Shown here in pieces: positions 1 through 15,377 of a DNA stretch of 64,000 bases. Source of the stretch: Tubulanus polymorphus (lineage: Eukaryota > Animalia > Nemertea). The DNA lies in assembly GCF_964204645.1 (NCBI RefSeq), contig NC_134030.1:6738778-6802777 (forward strand), given 5' to 3'. How positions within the stretch are numbered: the first letter of the stretch is position 1; each line of letters starts with the position of its first letter. The position numbers were made by a program, and so were the translations under genes. The notes under the pieces are model-generated. The model was not told the DNA's origin and made no database searches. It was given only the letters and a program-made list of their open reading frames with translations.

Positions 1-3000
1 TTAATCTATAGAAAGAGTCATTCCTTTACTCTTGTAAAATACACGGATTTGGTTTTTGATGACAAACAGTTATACACTATAAAAAGGCTTAATCTATAGT
101 AGGAGTTGTTTCTATACTCATCTCAAATAAACTGACTATGGCTTTTTATAATTAATACCTATACACTATAAAAAGGCTTAATCTATAGTAGGAGTTGTTT
201 CTATACATATCTCAAATAAACTGACTACTGGTTTTGATAACTAATATTTATACACTTTAAAAAAGCTTAATCTATAGTAAGAGTCGTTTCTATACTCATC
301 TCAAATTGACTGATTTAGGTTTTTGATAATTAATACTTATACACCATAAAAAGGCTTAATCTATAGAAGAAGTTGTTTCTATACTCATCACAAATAAACT
401 GACTTTAGTTTATGGTGACTAATCGACACAATGAAAAAGCTTACATCTCAAATAAACTGACTGTTGGTTTTTCGAAAATTAATATTTATACACTATAAAA
501 AAGCTTAATCTATAGAAAGAGTCATTCCTATACTCATGTAAAATACACGGATTTGGTTTTTGATGACAAACAGTTATACACTATAAAAAGGCTTAATCTA
601 TAGTAGAAGTTGTTTCTATACATATCTCAAATAAACTGACTGCTGGTTTTGATAACTAATATCTATACACTATAAAAAGCTTAATCTATAGTGGGAGTCA
701 TTTCTATTCTCATCTCAAATAGACTGATTTTGGTTTTTGATAATTAATACTTATACACTATTAAAAGACTTAATCTATAGTAGGAGTTGTTTCTATACTC
801 ATCTCAAATAAACTGACTATGGCTTTTTATAATTAATACTTATACACTTTAAAAAGGCTTAATCTATAGTAGGAGTTGTTTCTATACATATCTCAAATAA
901 ACTGACTACTGGTTTTGATAACTAATATTTATACACTTTAAAAAAGCTTAATCTATAGTAAGAGTCGTTCCTATACTCATCTCAAATTGACTGATTTAGG
1001 TTTTTGATAATTAATACTTATACACCATAAAAAGGCTTAATCTATAGAAGAAATTGTTTCTATACTCATCACAAATAAACTGACTTTAGTTTATGATGAC
1101 TAATAGACACAATGAAAAAGCTTACATCTCAAATAAACTGACTGTTGGTTTTCGAAAAATTAATATTTATACACTATCAAAAATGCTTAATCTATAGAAA
1201 GAGTCATTCCTTTACTCTTGTAAAATACACGGATTTGGTTTTTGATGACACACAGTTATACACTATAAAAAGGCTTAATCTATAGTACAAGTTGTTTCTA
1301 TACATATCTCAAATAAACTGACTGCTGGTTTTGATGACTAATACTTATACACTATAAAAAGGCTTAACCTATAGTAGGAGTCATTTCTATTCTCATCTCA
1401 AATAGACTGATTTTGGTTTTTGATAATTAATACTTATACACATTAAAAGACTTAATCTATAATAGGAGTTGTTTCTATACTCATCTCAAATAATCTGACT
1501 ATGGCTTTTTATAATTAATACTTATACACTATAAAAAGGCTTAATCTATAGTAGGAGTTGTTTCTATACATATCTCAAATAAACTGACTACTGGTTTTGA
1601 TAACTAATATTTATACACTTTAAAAAAGCTTAATCTATAGTAAGAGTCGTTTCTATACTCATCTCAAATTGACTGATTTAGGTTTTTGATAATTAATACT
1701 TATACCCCATAAAAAGAATTAATCTATAGTAGGAGTTGTTTCTATACTCATCTTAAATAAACTGACTGTTGGTTTTTGATAATTAATATTCATCACTATA
1801 ATCAAGCTTAATCTATAGAAGAAGTTGTTTCTATACTCATCACAAATAAACTGACTTAAGTTTATGATGACTAATAGACACAATGAAAAAGCTTAAATCT
1901 CAAATAAACTAACTGTTGGTTTTCGAAAATTAATATTTATACACTATCAAAAATGCTTAATCTATAGAAAGAGTCATTCCTATACTCTTGTAAAATACAC
2001 GGATTTGGTTTTTGATGACAAACAGTTATACTCTATAAAAAGGCTTAATCTATAGTAGAAGTTGTTTCTATACATATCTCAAATAAACTGACTGCTGGTT
2101 TTGATAACTAATATCTATACACTATAAAAAAGCTTAATCTATAGTGGGAGTCATTTCTATTCTCATCTCAAATAGACTGATTTTGGTTTTTGATAATTAA
2201 TACTTTTACACTATTAAAAGACTTAATCTATAGTAGGAGTTGTTTCTATACTCATCTCAAATAAACTGACTATGGCTTTTTATAATTAATACTTATACAC
2301 TTTAAAAAGGCTTAATCTATAGTAGGAGTTGTTTCTATACATATCTCAAATACACTGACTACTGGTTTTGATAACTAATATTTATACACTTTAAAAAAGC
2401 TTAATCTATAGCAGGAGTCGTTTCTATACTCATCTCAAATTGACTGATTTAGGTTTTTGATAATTAATACTTATACACCATAAAAAGGCTTAATCTATAG
2501 AAGAAATTGTTTCTATACTCATCACAAATAAACTGACTTTAGTTTATGATGACTAATAGACACAATGAAAAAGCTTACATCTCAAATAAACTGACTGTTG
2601 GTTTTTCGAAAATTAATATTTATACACTATAAAAAAAGCTTAATCTATAGAAAGAGTCATTCCTTTACTCATGTAAAATACACGGATTTGGTTTTTGATG
2701 ACAAACTGTTATACACTATAAAAAGGCTTAATCTATAGTAGAAGTTGTTTCTATGCATATCTCAAATAAACTGACTGCTGGTTTTGATAACTAATATTTA
2801 TACACTATAAAAAAGCTTAATCTATAGTAGGAGTCATTTCTATTCTCATCTCAAATAGACTGATTTTGGTTTTTGATAATTAATACTTATACACCATAAA
2901 AATACTTAATCCATAGTAGGAGTTGTTTCTATACTCATCTTAAATATACTGACTATGGCTTTTTATAATTAATACTTATACACTATTAAAAAGGCTTTAT

Positions 3001-6000
3001 CTATAGTAGGAGTTGTTTCTATACATATCTCAAATTAACTGACTGCTGGTTTTGATAACTAATATTTATACATTATATAAAAGCTTAATCTATAGTAGGA
3101 GTCATTTCTATTCTCATCTCAAATAGACTGATTTTGGTTTTTGATAATTAATACTTATACACTATTAATAGACTTAATATATATTAGGAGTTGTTTCTAT
3201 ACTCATCTCAAATAGACTGATTTTGGTTTTTCATAATTAATACTTATACACCATAAAAATACTTAATCCATAGTAGGAGTTGTTTCTATACTCATCTTAA
3301 ATATACTGACCGTTGGTTGTTGATAATTAATATTCAACACTATAATCAAGCTTAATCTATAGAAGGAGTATAACTATACTCATCTCAAATAAACTGACTG
3401 TTGGTTTTCGAAAAAATTTATGTTTATACACTATTAAAAAAGCTTAATCTATAGAAAGAGTCATTCCTATACTCATGTAAAATACACTGAATTGGTTTTT
3501 GATGACGAATAGTTATACACTATAAAAAGGCTTAATCTATAGTAGGAGTTGTTTCTATGCATATCTCAAATAAACTGACTGCTGGTTTTGATAACTAACA
3601 TTTATTCACTATAAAAATGCTTAATCTATAGTAGGAGTCATTTCTATACATATCTCAAATAGACTGATTTTGGTTTTTGATAATTAATACTTATACACTA
3701 TTAAAAGACTTAATCTATAGTCGGAGTTGTTTCCATACTCATCTCAAATAAACTGACTATGGCTTTTTATAATTAATACTTATACACTATAAAAAGGCTT
3801 TATCTATAGTAGGAGTTGTTTCTATACATATCTCAAATAAACTGACTAGTGGTTATGATAACTAATATTTATACACTAAAAAAAAGCTTAATCTAAAGTA
3901 GGAGTCGTTTCTATACTCATCTAGAATAGACTTATTTTGGATTTTGATAATTAATACTTATACACCATAAAATGACTTAATCTATAGTAGGAGTTGTTTC
4001 TATACTCATCTTAAATAAACTGGCTGTTGGTTTTTGATAACTTAATATTTATTCACTATAAAGATGCTTAATCTATAGTAGGAGTCATTTCTATACTCAT
4101 CTCAAATAGACTGATTTTGGTTTTTGATAATTAATACTTATACACTAAAAGACTTAATCTATAGTAGGAGTTGTTTCTATACTCATCTCAAATAAACTGA
4201 CTATGGCTTTTTATAATTAATACTTATACACTATAAAAGGCTTTATCTATAGTAGGAGTTGTTTCTATACATATCTCAAATAAACTGACTGCTGGTTTTG
4301 ATAACTAATATTTATACACTATAAAAAAGCTTAATCTATAGTAGGAGTAGTTTCTATACTCATCTCAAATAGACTGATTTTGGTTTTTGATAATGAATAC
4401 TTATACACCATAAAAAGACTTAATCTATAGTAGGAGTTGTTTCTATACTCATCTCAAAAAAACTGACTACTGGTTTTGATAACTAATATTTATACACTTT
4501 AAAAAAGCTTAATCTATAGCAGGAGTCGTTTCTATACTCATCTAAAATTGACTGATTTAGGTTTTTGATAATTAATACTTATACACCATAAAAAGGCTTA
4601 ATCTATAGAAGAAATTGTTTCTATACTCATCACAAATAAACTGACTTTAGTTTTTGATGACTAATAGACACAATGAAAAAGCTTACATCTCAAATAAACT
4701 GACTGTTGGTTTTTCGAAAATTAATATTTATACACTATAAAAAAGCTTAATCTATAGAAAGAGTCATTCCTATACTCATGTAAAATACACGGATTTGGTT
4801 TTTGATGACAAACAGTTATACACTATAAAAAGGCTTAATCTATAGTAGAAGTTGTTTCTATGCATATCTCAAATAAACTGACTGCTGGTTTTGATAACTA
4901 ATATTTATACACTATAAAAAAGCTTAATCTATAGTAGGAGTCATTTCTATTCTCATCTCAAATAGACTGATTTTGGTTTTTGATAATTAATACTTATACA
5001 CCATAAAAATACTTAATCCATAGTAGGAGTTGTTTCTATACTCATCTTAAATATACTGACTATGGCTTTTTATAATTAATACTTATACACTATTAAAAAG
5101 GCTTTATCTATAGTAGGAGTTGTTTCTATACATATCTCAAATTAACTGACTGCTGGTTTTGATAACTAATATTTATACACTGTAAAAAAGCTTAATCTAT
5201 AGCAGGAGTCGTTTCTATACTCATCTCAAATTGACTGACTATGGCTTTTTATAATTAATACTTATACACTATAAAAAGGCTTTATCTATAGTAGAAGTTG
5301 TTTCTATACATATCTCAAATAAACTGACTGCTGGTTTTGATAACTAATATTTATACATTATATAAAAGCTTAATCTATAGTAGGAGTCATTTCTATTCTC
5401 ATCTCAAATAGACTGATTTTGGTTTTTGATAATTAATACTTATACACTATTAATAGACTTAATATATATTAGGAGTTGTTTCTATACGCATCTCAAATAG
5501 ACTGATTTTGGTTTTTCATAATTAATACTTTAACCATAAAAATACTTAATCCATAGTAGGAGTTGTTTCTATACTCATCTTAAATATACTGACCGTTGGT
5601 TGTTGATAATTAATATTCAACACTATAATCAAGCTTAATCTATAGAAGGAGTATAACTATACTCATCTCAAATAAACTGACTGTTGGTTTTCGAAAAAAT
5701 TTATGTTTATATCAAATAAACTGACTGTTGGTTTTCGAAAAAATTTATGTTTATACACTATTAAAAAAGCTAAATCTATAGAAAGAGTCATTCCTATACT
5801 CATGTAAAATACACTGAATTGGTTTTTGATGACGAATAGTTATACACTATAAAAAGGCTTAATCTATAGTAGGAGTTGTTTCTATGCATATCTCAAATAA
5901 ACTGACTGCTGGTTTTGATAACTAACATTTATTCACTATAAAAATGCTTAATCTATAGTAGGAGTCATTTCTATACATATCTCAAATAGACTGATTTTGG

Positions 6001-9000
6001 TTTTTGATAATTAATACTTATACACTATTAAAAGACTTAATCTATAGTCGGAGTTGTTTCTATACTCATCTCAAATAAACTGACTATGGCTTTTTATAAT
6101 TAATACTTATACACTATAAAAAGGCTTTATCTATAGTAGGAGTTGTTTCTATACATATCTCAAATAAACTGACTAGTGGTTATGATAACTAATATTTATA
6201 CACTAAAAAAAAGCTTAATCTAAAGTAGGAGTCGTTTCTATACTCATCTAGAATAGACTTATTTTGGTTTTTGATAATTAATACTTATACACCATAAAAT
6301 GACTTAATCTATAGTAGGAGTTGTTTCTATACTCATCTTAAATAAACTGGCTGTTGGTTTTTGATAACTAATATTTATTCACTATAAAGATGCTTAATCT
6401 ATAGTAGGAGTCATTTCTATACTCATCTCAAATAGACTGATTTTGGTTTTTGATAATTAATACTTATACACTAAAAGACTTAATCTATAGTAGGAGTTGT
6501 TTCTATACTCATCTCAAATAAACTGACTATGGCTTTTTATAATTAATACTTATACACTATAAAAGGCTTTATCTATAGTAGGAGTTGTTTCTATACATAT
6601 CTCAAATAAACTGACTGCTGGTTTTGATAACTAATATTTATACACTATAAAAAAGCTTAATCTATAGTAGGAGTAGTTTCTATACTCATCTCAAATAGAC
6701 TGATTTTGGTTTTTGATAATGAATACTTATACACCATAAAAAGACTTAATCTATAGTAGGAGTCATTTCTATACTCATCTCAAATAAACTGACTTTAGTT
6801 TTTGATGACTAATAGACACAATGAAAAAGCTTACTCTATAGTAAGAGTTGTTTCTATACTCATCTTAAATAAACTGAGTATGGCTTTTTATAATTAATAC
6901 TTATACACTATAAAAGGCTTTATCTATAGTAGGAGTTGTTTCTATACATATCTCAAATAAACTGACTGCTGGTTTTGATAACTAATATTTATACACTATA
7001 AAAATGCTTAATCTATAGTAGGAGTCATTTCTATACTCATCTCAAATAGACTGATTTTGGTTTTTGATAATTAATACTTATACACTAAAAGACTTAATCT
7101 ATAGTAGGAGTTGTTTCTGTACTTATCTCAAATAAACTGAGTATGGCTTTTTATAATTAATACTTATACACTATAAAAGGCTTTATCTATAGTAGGAGTT
7201 GTTTCTATACATATCTCAAATAAACTGACTGCTGGTTTTGATAACTAACATTTATACACCATAAAAAGACTTAATCTATAGTAGGAGTCGTATCTATACT
7301 CATCTAAAATAGACTGATTTTTGGTTTTTGATGACTAATAGACACAATAATGAGGCTTAATCTATAGTTGTAGTTGTTTCTATACTCATCTCAAATAAAC
7401 TGACTTTAGTTTTTGATGACTAATAGACACAATAAAAAGCTTACTCTATAGTAGGAGTCGTTTCTATACTCATCTCAAATAAACTGACTTAAGTTTTTGA
7501 TGACTAATAGACACAATGAAAAAGCTTACTCTATAGTAGGAGTCGTTTCTATACTCATCTTAACTAAACTGACTATGGCTTTTTATAATTAATACTTATA
7601 CACTATAAAAAGGCTTTATCTATAGTAGGAGTTGTTTCCATACATATCTCAAATAAACTGACTACTGGTTATGATAACTAATATTTATACACTAAAAAAA
7701 AGCTTAATCTAAAGTAGGAGTCGTTTCTATACTCATCTAGAATAGACTTATTTTGGTTTTTGATAATTAATACTCATACACCATAAAAAGACTTAATCTA
7801 TAGTAGGAGTTGTTTCTATACTCATCTTAAATAAAATGGCTGTTGGTTTTTGATAACTAATATTTATTCACTATAAAAATGCTTAATCTATAGTAGGAGT
7901 CATTTCTATACTCATCTCAAATAGACTGATTTTGGTTTTTGATAATTAATACTTATACACTAAAAGACTTAATCTATAGTAGAAGTTGTTTCTATACTCA
8001 TCTCAAATAAACTGAGTATGGCTTTTTATAATTAATACTTATACACTATAAAGCGCTTTATCTATAGTAGGAGTTGTTTCTATACATATCTCAAATAAAC
8101 TGACTGCTGGTTTTGATAACTAATATTTATACACTATAAAAAAGCTTAATCTATAGTAGGAGTCGTTTCTATACTCATCTCAAATAGACTGATTTTTGGT
8201 TTTTGATGACTAATAGACACAATAATGAGGCTTAATCTATAGTTGTAGTTGTTTCTATACTCATCTCAAATAAACTGACTTTAGTTTTGATGACTTATAG
8301 ACACAATAAAAAGCTTACTCTATAGTAGGAGTCGTTTCTATACTAATCTCAAATAAACTGACTTTAGTTTTTGATGACTAATAGACACAATAAAGAGGCT
8401 TAATCTATAGGAGTAGTTGTTTCTATACTCATCTCAAATAAACTGACTTAAGTTTTTGATGACTAATAGACACAATGAAAAAGCTTACTCTATAGTAGGA
8501 GTCGTTTCTATACGTATCTCAACTTGACTGTTTTGATGTTTCATGGTTAATAATTATGCCCTATGAGAAAATGTCATTTTTATATAATCATCTCAAATGG
8601 TCTGAATTTTGTTTTTGGGGAGTAAAACATGAAACACTATACTGTGAAGTAGGGGTCAGTTGATTAATGATCATCTCAAAAGGACTGACTTGGTTTTAAA
8701 TAGTAATATTCATGTTGAAATACTACACTTGGAATTATTTTATAGTAGGGGTCATTTTTATATACAATGTATACTCATACCAACTTTGGTTTTTGAAGAG
8801 TAATATTTCTATAGGAATACTTTACTGCCAGTCGTTCTACATTAAGATACATAATTTTTATAGAAATATTGTGAATCGTTATACGGAAGGGTTTAAATGT
8901 AGAAACAAAAGCCATGTATTTGACCGTTTTATGACTTAAAATCACCTGCTTAGCCCAGGCTCATTATAGCTGGTGAATCAGTGACAATCTTCTGGTCAAA

Positions 9001-12000
9001 AATGGGAAGTAGTACTAAAATGGTCGATATCCAATTGGTCAAAAAAACCGAGGGCTCAATAAGGATACTGTAATGACTTACCAATTTCTTTACTGACAAC
9101 TTTTACTTCAAATTTACATCTTGAAAATAAAGACAAATCCTTTGCGCAAACTATTCGTTTCGATCTCCTCCTTGTTGTTCACTCTGAAAATAACCAAATT
9201 ACTGATTAGGCACAGGCCTAAATGATAAGAATTTACAAAGATAACAAAGAAAATAACAAAATTGCATAGACTGGGGCATCAATATCCTAAATATAAAATG
9301 GACTGAATTTGCTGCTTGAAGATGCCTATTTATATAGAAAAACTATATTTACATTTATTCTATAAAAGGTGTCACCTTTATGTACTCATCACAAACAGAC
9401 TGACTTAGGTATTTGAAGATACCGTGACACGCTTTATTGTGAATTATTCTAGACGGAGGTTGTTTTTCTACAATCATCTCCTTTGAGATGACTGGTTCTC
9501 GAAGATTTATGTTTAACACTATTCTCTGAATCATATTATTCTAAGGGTCATTTTTATATAATCATCTCGAAAAAACTGACTGTGGTTATTGGAAATAACA
9601 TATATTGAGAATGACTATTCTGCGAGTCATTCTACACAATGTGTCATTGCATATTCTTCTCAAATAAAGTGACTCCGGTTATGGTAATTAATATTTGCAC
9701 ACCTTTACTGAGATTCAATCTATCGTAGGAGCCATTTTTATACTCATCTGAAATAGACTGACTTTGATTTTGAAGATAAATATTTATACACTATTCTGAA
9801 ATTAATTCTATGGTAGAACACATCCTTATACTTATCTCAAATAGACTGACTTTGGTTTTTGGTGATTAATATTCGCACACTTTACTGAGATTCAATCTAC
9901 AGGAGTAGTAGTATTTATATTCATCTCAGGTAGACTGTTTTCTTTAAAGATTGTAACTTATACACTATAATTGAATTCATTCTATGGAAGGACACATTCT
10001 TATACAACTTATCTTCTTATACTTATCTCAAATAGGTCTAGATTGACTTTGGTTTTTGATGATCAATATTTATACACTACAGCTACAGTTTAACTCAAAT
10101 AGACTGGTTTTTATGATTAATATTTATACAGAAGGAAAAAAGACTTAATCTATTGTAGGAGTCGTTTTTACACTTATTTCAAATAGACTGACTTTGGTTT
10201 TAAAGATAAATATTTATACGCTATACTGAAATTAATTAATTCTATGGTTGGACACATTCTTATACTAATCTCAAATAGACTGTTTTTTTTAAGATTATAA
10301 CTAATACACTATAATTGAATCCATTCCATGGTAGGACACATTCTTATACTTATATTAAAAAGGCCTAGATTGACTTTGGTTTTTGATGATCCATATTTAT
10401 ACACTATCAAAAGACTAAATCTATAGTAGGAGTCGTTTCTATACATATCTCAACTAGACTGAGTTTGGTATTTTATAGTTAATATTTATACACTATGAAA
10501 AAGGTCATTTTATATACTCATCTCAAATGGTCTGAATTTGGTTTCTGGAGAGTAAAACATGACACACTATACTGTGAAGTAGGGGTCAGTTGATTAATAA
10601 TCATCTCAAAAGGACTGACTTGGTTTTAAATAGTAATATACATGTAGAAATACTACACTTGGAATTATTTTATAGTAGGGGTCATTTTTATATACAATGT
10701 ATACTCATACCAACTTTGGTTTTTGAAGAGTAATATTTCTATAGGAATACTTTACTGCCAGTCGTTCTACATTAAGATACATAATTTATATAGAAATATT
10801 GTGAATCGTTATACGGAAGGGTTTAAATGTAGAAACAAAAGCCATGTATTTGACCGTTTTATGACTTAAAATCACCTGCTTAGCCCAGGCTCATGATAGC
10901 TGGTGAATCGGTGACAATCTTCTGGTCAAAAATGGGAAGTAGTACTAAAATGGTCGATATCCAATTGGTCAAAAAAAACCGAGGGCTCAATAAGGATACT
11001 GTAATGACTTACCAATTTTTTTACTGACACTTTTTACTTCAAATTTACATCTTGAAAATAAAGACAAATCCTTTGCGCAAACTATTCGTTTCGATCTCCT
11101 CCTTGTTGTTCACTCTGAAAATAACCAAATTACTGATTAGGCACAGGCCTAAATGATAAGAATTTACAAAGATAACAAAGAAATTAACAAAATTGCATAG
11201 ACTGGGGCATCAATATCCTAAATATAAAATAGACTGAATTTGCTGCTTGAAGATACCTATTTATATAGAAATACTATATTTACATTTATTCTATACAAGG
11301 TGTCACCTTTATGTGCTCATCACAAACAGACTGACTTAGGTATTTGAAGATACCATGACACGCTTTATTGTGAATTATTCTAGACGGAGGTTGTTTTTCT
11401 GCAATCATCTCCTTTGAGATGACTCTTGTTCTTGAAGATTTATGTTTAACACTATTCTCTGGATCATATTATTCTAAGGGTCATTTTTTATAATCATCTC
11501 AATTGAACTGTGGTTTTTGGTAATTAATATTCGCACACTTTACTGAGATTCAATCTAAGGAGTAGTTTTTATAGTACACTATAATTGAATTCATTCCATG
11601 CTAGGACACATTCTTATACTTATCCCAAATAGATCTGGATTGACTTTGGTTTTTGATGATTGATACTTATACAGCATGAAAAAGACTTAATCTATAGTAG
11701 GAGTCGTTTTTACAATTATCTCAAATAGACTGACTTTGGTTTTAAAGATAAATATTTATACACAATACTGAAATTAATTAATTCTATGATTGGACACATT
11801 CTTATACTAATCTCAAATAAACTGTTTTTTAAAGATTATAACTTATACACTATAATTGAATCCATTCCATGGTAGGACACATTCTTATACTTATCTTATA
11901 TAGGCCTAGATTGACTTTGGCTTTGGATAATTAATATCTATACAATATTAAAAAGACTAAGTCCATAGTAGGAGTCGTTTCTATACTCAACTCAAATAAA

Positions 12001-14809
12001 CTGACTTTGGTTTTTGATGATTAATATTTATACACAATAAAAAGGCTTAATCGATAGTAGTAGTCGTTTCTATACTCATCTCAAATAAACTGATTTCGGT
12101 TTTTGATAACTAATATTTATACACTTTTTTAAAAAGCTTATTCTATAGTAGGAGTCGTTTCTATAATACCTAACTCAAATAAACCGATTTTGGTTTTGAT
12201 AACTAATATTTATTTATACAGTTTAAAGACTTAGTCTATAAAAGGATTCGTTTCCATACTCATCTGAAATAAACTGTCTTTGGTTTTTGATAATTGATAT
12301 TCATACACTATACAAAAGACTTAATCTATGGAAGCAGTCGTTTCTATACTCATCTCAAATAAACTGACTGTTGGTTTTAGATAACTAATATTTTGACACT
12401 ATAAAAAACTTAATCTATAATAGGAGTCATTTCTATACTCATCTTACATAGACTGATTTTCGTTTTTGATGACTTAGGCCTATAGTTATACACTATAAAA
12501 AGGGTTAATCTATAGTAGGAGTCGTTTCTATACTAATCTCAAATAAACTGACTTTTGGTTTTTGATGACTAATAGACACAATAAAGAGGCTTAATCTATA
12601 GGAGTAGTTGTTTCTATTCTCATCTCAAATAAACTGACTGTTGGTTTTTGATAACTAATATTTATACCCTATAAAAAAGCTTAATCTATAATAGGAGTCG
12701 TATCTATAATCATCTCGCATAGACTGATTTTCGTTTTTGATGACTTAGGCCTATAGTTATACACTATAAAAAGCTTAATCTATAGTATGAGTTGTTTCTA
12801 TACTCATGTCAAATACACTTATTTGGTTTTTTATGACAAATATTTATACACTATAAAAAGGCTTAATCTATAGTAGGAGTTGTTTCTATACTCATCTCAA
12901 ATAAACTGACTTTAGTTTTTGATGACTAATAGACACAATAAAGAGGTTTAATCTATAGAAAGAATCGTTCCTATACTCATGTCAAATACACTGATTTGGT
13001 TCTTGATGACAAATAGTTAAACACTATAAAAAGGCTTAATCTATAGTAGTTGTTGTTTCTATACATATCTCAAATAAACTGACTGCTGGATTTGAAAACT
13101 AATATCTATTCACTATAAAAAAGCTTAATCTACAGTAGGAGTCATTTCTATACTCATCTCAAATAGACTGATTTTGGTTTTTGATAATTCATGCTTATAC
13201 ACTATCAAAAGACTTAATCTATAGTAGGAGTTGTTTCTATACTCATCTAAAATAAACTGACTTTGGATTTCGATAACGAATACTTATATACTATAAAAAT
13301 ACCTAATCTATAGTAGGAGTTGTTTCTATACTCATCTCAAAAAAACTGACTATGGCTTTTTATTATTAATATTCAACACTATAATCAAGCTTAATCTATA
13401 GAAGGAGACGCTTCTATACTCATCTCAAATAAACTGACTTTTAGTTTTTGATGACTAATAGACACAATTAAGAGGCTTAATCTATAGTTGTAGTTGTTTC
13501 TATACTCATCTCAAATAAACTGACTTTAGTTTTTGATGACTAATAGACACAATGAAAAAGCTTACTCCATAGTAGGAGTCGTTTCTATACTAATCTCAAA
13601 TAAACTGACTTATGGTTTTTTGATAGACACAATAAAGAGGCTTAATCTATAGGAGTAGTTGTTTCTATTCTCATCTCAAATAAACTGACTGTTGGTTTTC
13701 GATAATTAATATTTATACACTATAAAAAAGCTTAATCTATAGAAAGAATCGTTCCTTTACTCATGTCAAATACACTGATTTGGTTTTTGATGACAAATAG
13801 TTATACACTATAAAAAGGCTTAATCTATAGCAGGAGTTGTTTCTATACATATCTCAAATACCGGTACGGTAAACTGACTGCTGGTTTTGATAACTAATAT
13901 TTATTCACTATAAAAAAGCTTAATCTATAGTAGGAGTCATTTCTACACTCATCTCAAATAGAGTGATTTTGGTTTTTGATAATTAATACTTATACACTAT
14001 TAAAAGACTTACTCTATAGTAGGAGTCGTTTCTATACTCATCTCAAATAGACTGATTTTGGTTTTTGATAATTAATACTTATACACTATTAAAAGACTTA
14101 CTCTATAGTAGGAGTCGTTTCTATACTAATCTCAAATAAACTGACTGTTGGTTTTCGATAATCAATATTTATACACTATAAAAAAGCTTAATCTATAGAA
14201 AGAGTCGTTTCTATACTCATCTCAAATACACTGATTTGGTTTTCGATGACAAATAGTTATACACTATAAAAAGGCTTAATCTATAGTAGGAGTTGTTTCT
14301 TTACATATCTCAAATAAACTGACTGCTGGTTTTGATAACTAATATTTATACACTATAAAAAAGCTTAATCTATAGTAGGAGTCGTTTCTATACTCATCTC
14401 AAATAGACTGATTTTGGTTTTCGATAATGAATACTTATACACTATTAAAAGACTTAATCTATAGTAGGAGTTGTTTCTATACTCATCTCAAATAAACTGA
14501 CTGCTGGTTTTGATAACTAATATTTATACACTATAAAAAAGCTTAATCTATAGTAGGAGTCGTTTCTATACTCATCTCAAATAGACTGATTTTGGTTTTC
14601 GATAATGAATACTTATACACCATAAAAGGCTTTATCTATAGTAGGAGTTGTTTATATACATATCTCAAATAGACTGACTGTTGGTTTTTGATAACTAATA
14701 TTTATACACTACAAAAAAGCTTAACCTATAGTAGGAGTTCTTTCTAATCTCATTTCAAATAAACTGACTTTCAAATAAACTGGTTTTTTATAATTAATAC
14801 TTATACACT
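1..14809. repeat. AT-rich satellite DNA array, ~89-bp monomer with higher-order repeats (continues past the left edge)
   Basis: TTAATCTATAG recurs at 1, 89, 178, 267 and onward. Approximate consensus GCTTAATCTATAGTAGGAGTTGTTTCTATACTCATCTCAAATAAACTGACTNNTGGTTTTTGATAATTAATATTTATACACTATAAAAAA. The diagnostic variant GAAAGAGTCATTCC occurs at 11, 515, 1197, 1967, 2650, 3454, 4757 and 5781. Monomers are homogeneous in 1-8.5 kb and 12-14.8 kb and diverged in 8.5-12 kb. Confidence 0.98.
8573..11500. repeat. Tandem duplication (offset ~1930 bp) of a ~1-kb non-satellite/highly diverged segment inside the satellite array
   Basis: 8573-9570 is nearly identical to 10504-11500 (ACTGTGAAGTAGGGGTCAG at 8641 and 10571). 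Diverged monomers at ~9850-10450 reappear, with deletions, at ~11510-12000. Confidence 0.93.
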
Positions 14810-15377
14810 CACAGGGGTTTGGCGATGGGCTTGAATTTTATTTCCGGGTTGTTGATAATCTCGCGGGAATGGCGCTAAATATGAACTGCGAATAAATTCA
14901 AAATATCACGGAAATACCTTGTGTTTATATTGTTTATTTATACGCTATAAAGTTTCGATAAACAATTGGTTGTTAAGAATCATTATCAGACGGTCGTCAC
15001 GCTTTACTATATAAAATCACAAGGGATGAAACACATGGCTAATTAGCATATCCAGGTCATCCATCCGATTTGAGAAAAAGCTATTTTTCCTTGACTTTGC
15101 ACAATTGTCAATTATATTTTCTGTAGTGCAAATAAAAATTCCTTCACAGGGGTTGGAGAATGGATAATGCTCTAATGAATGATTTGTATGAATATATGCT
15201 CAGTTGCACAAAGAGCCTTTCATCTGGAAACCATGTCATTTAAATTCGCTCCATTTGTTTAGTAATAGACTCAGCCTATGGCTGGCCTAAAAAAGACTTA
15301 ATCTCGAAAGAGTCGCTTCTATACTCATCTCAAATAAACTGACTAAAGGTTTTTGATAATTAATATTCAAACACTAT

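Noticed and set aside
8712-8939. 75-aa ORF inside the satellite block
   Set aside because: The duplicate copy has ATG TAG at the same position (~10642), and there are no protein motifs.
1-14809. Possible CRISPR-like repeat-spacer array
   Set aside because: The whole 89-bp unit is repeated with point variants, there are no unique spacers or cas genes, and the context is eukaryotic.
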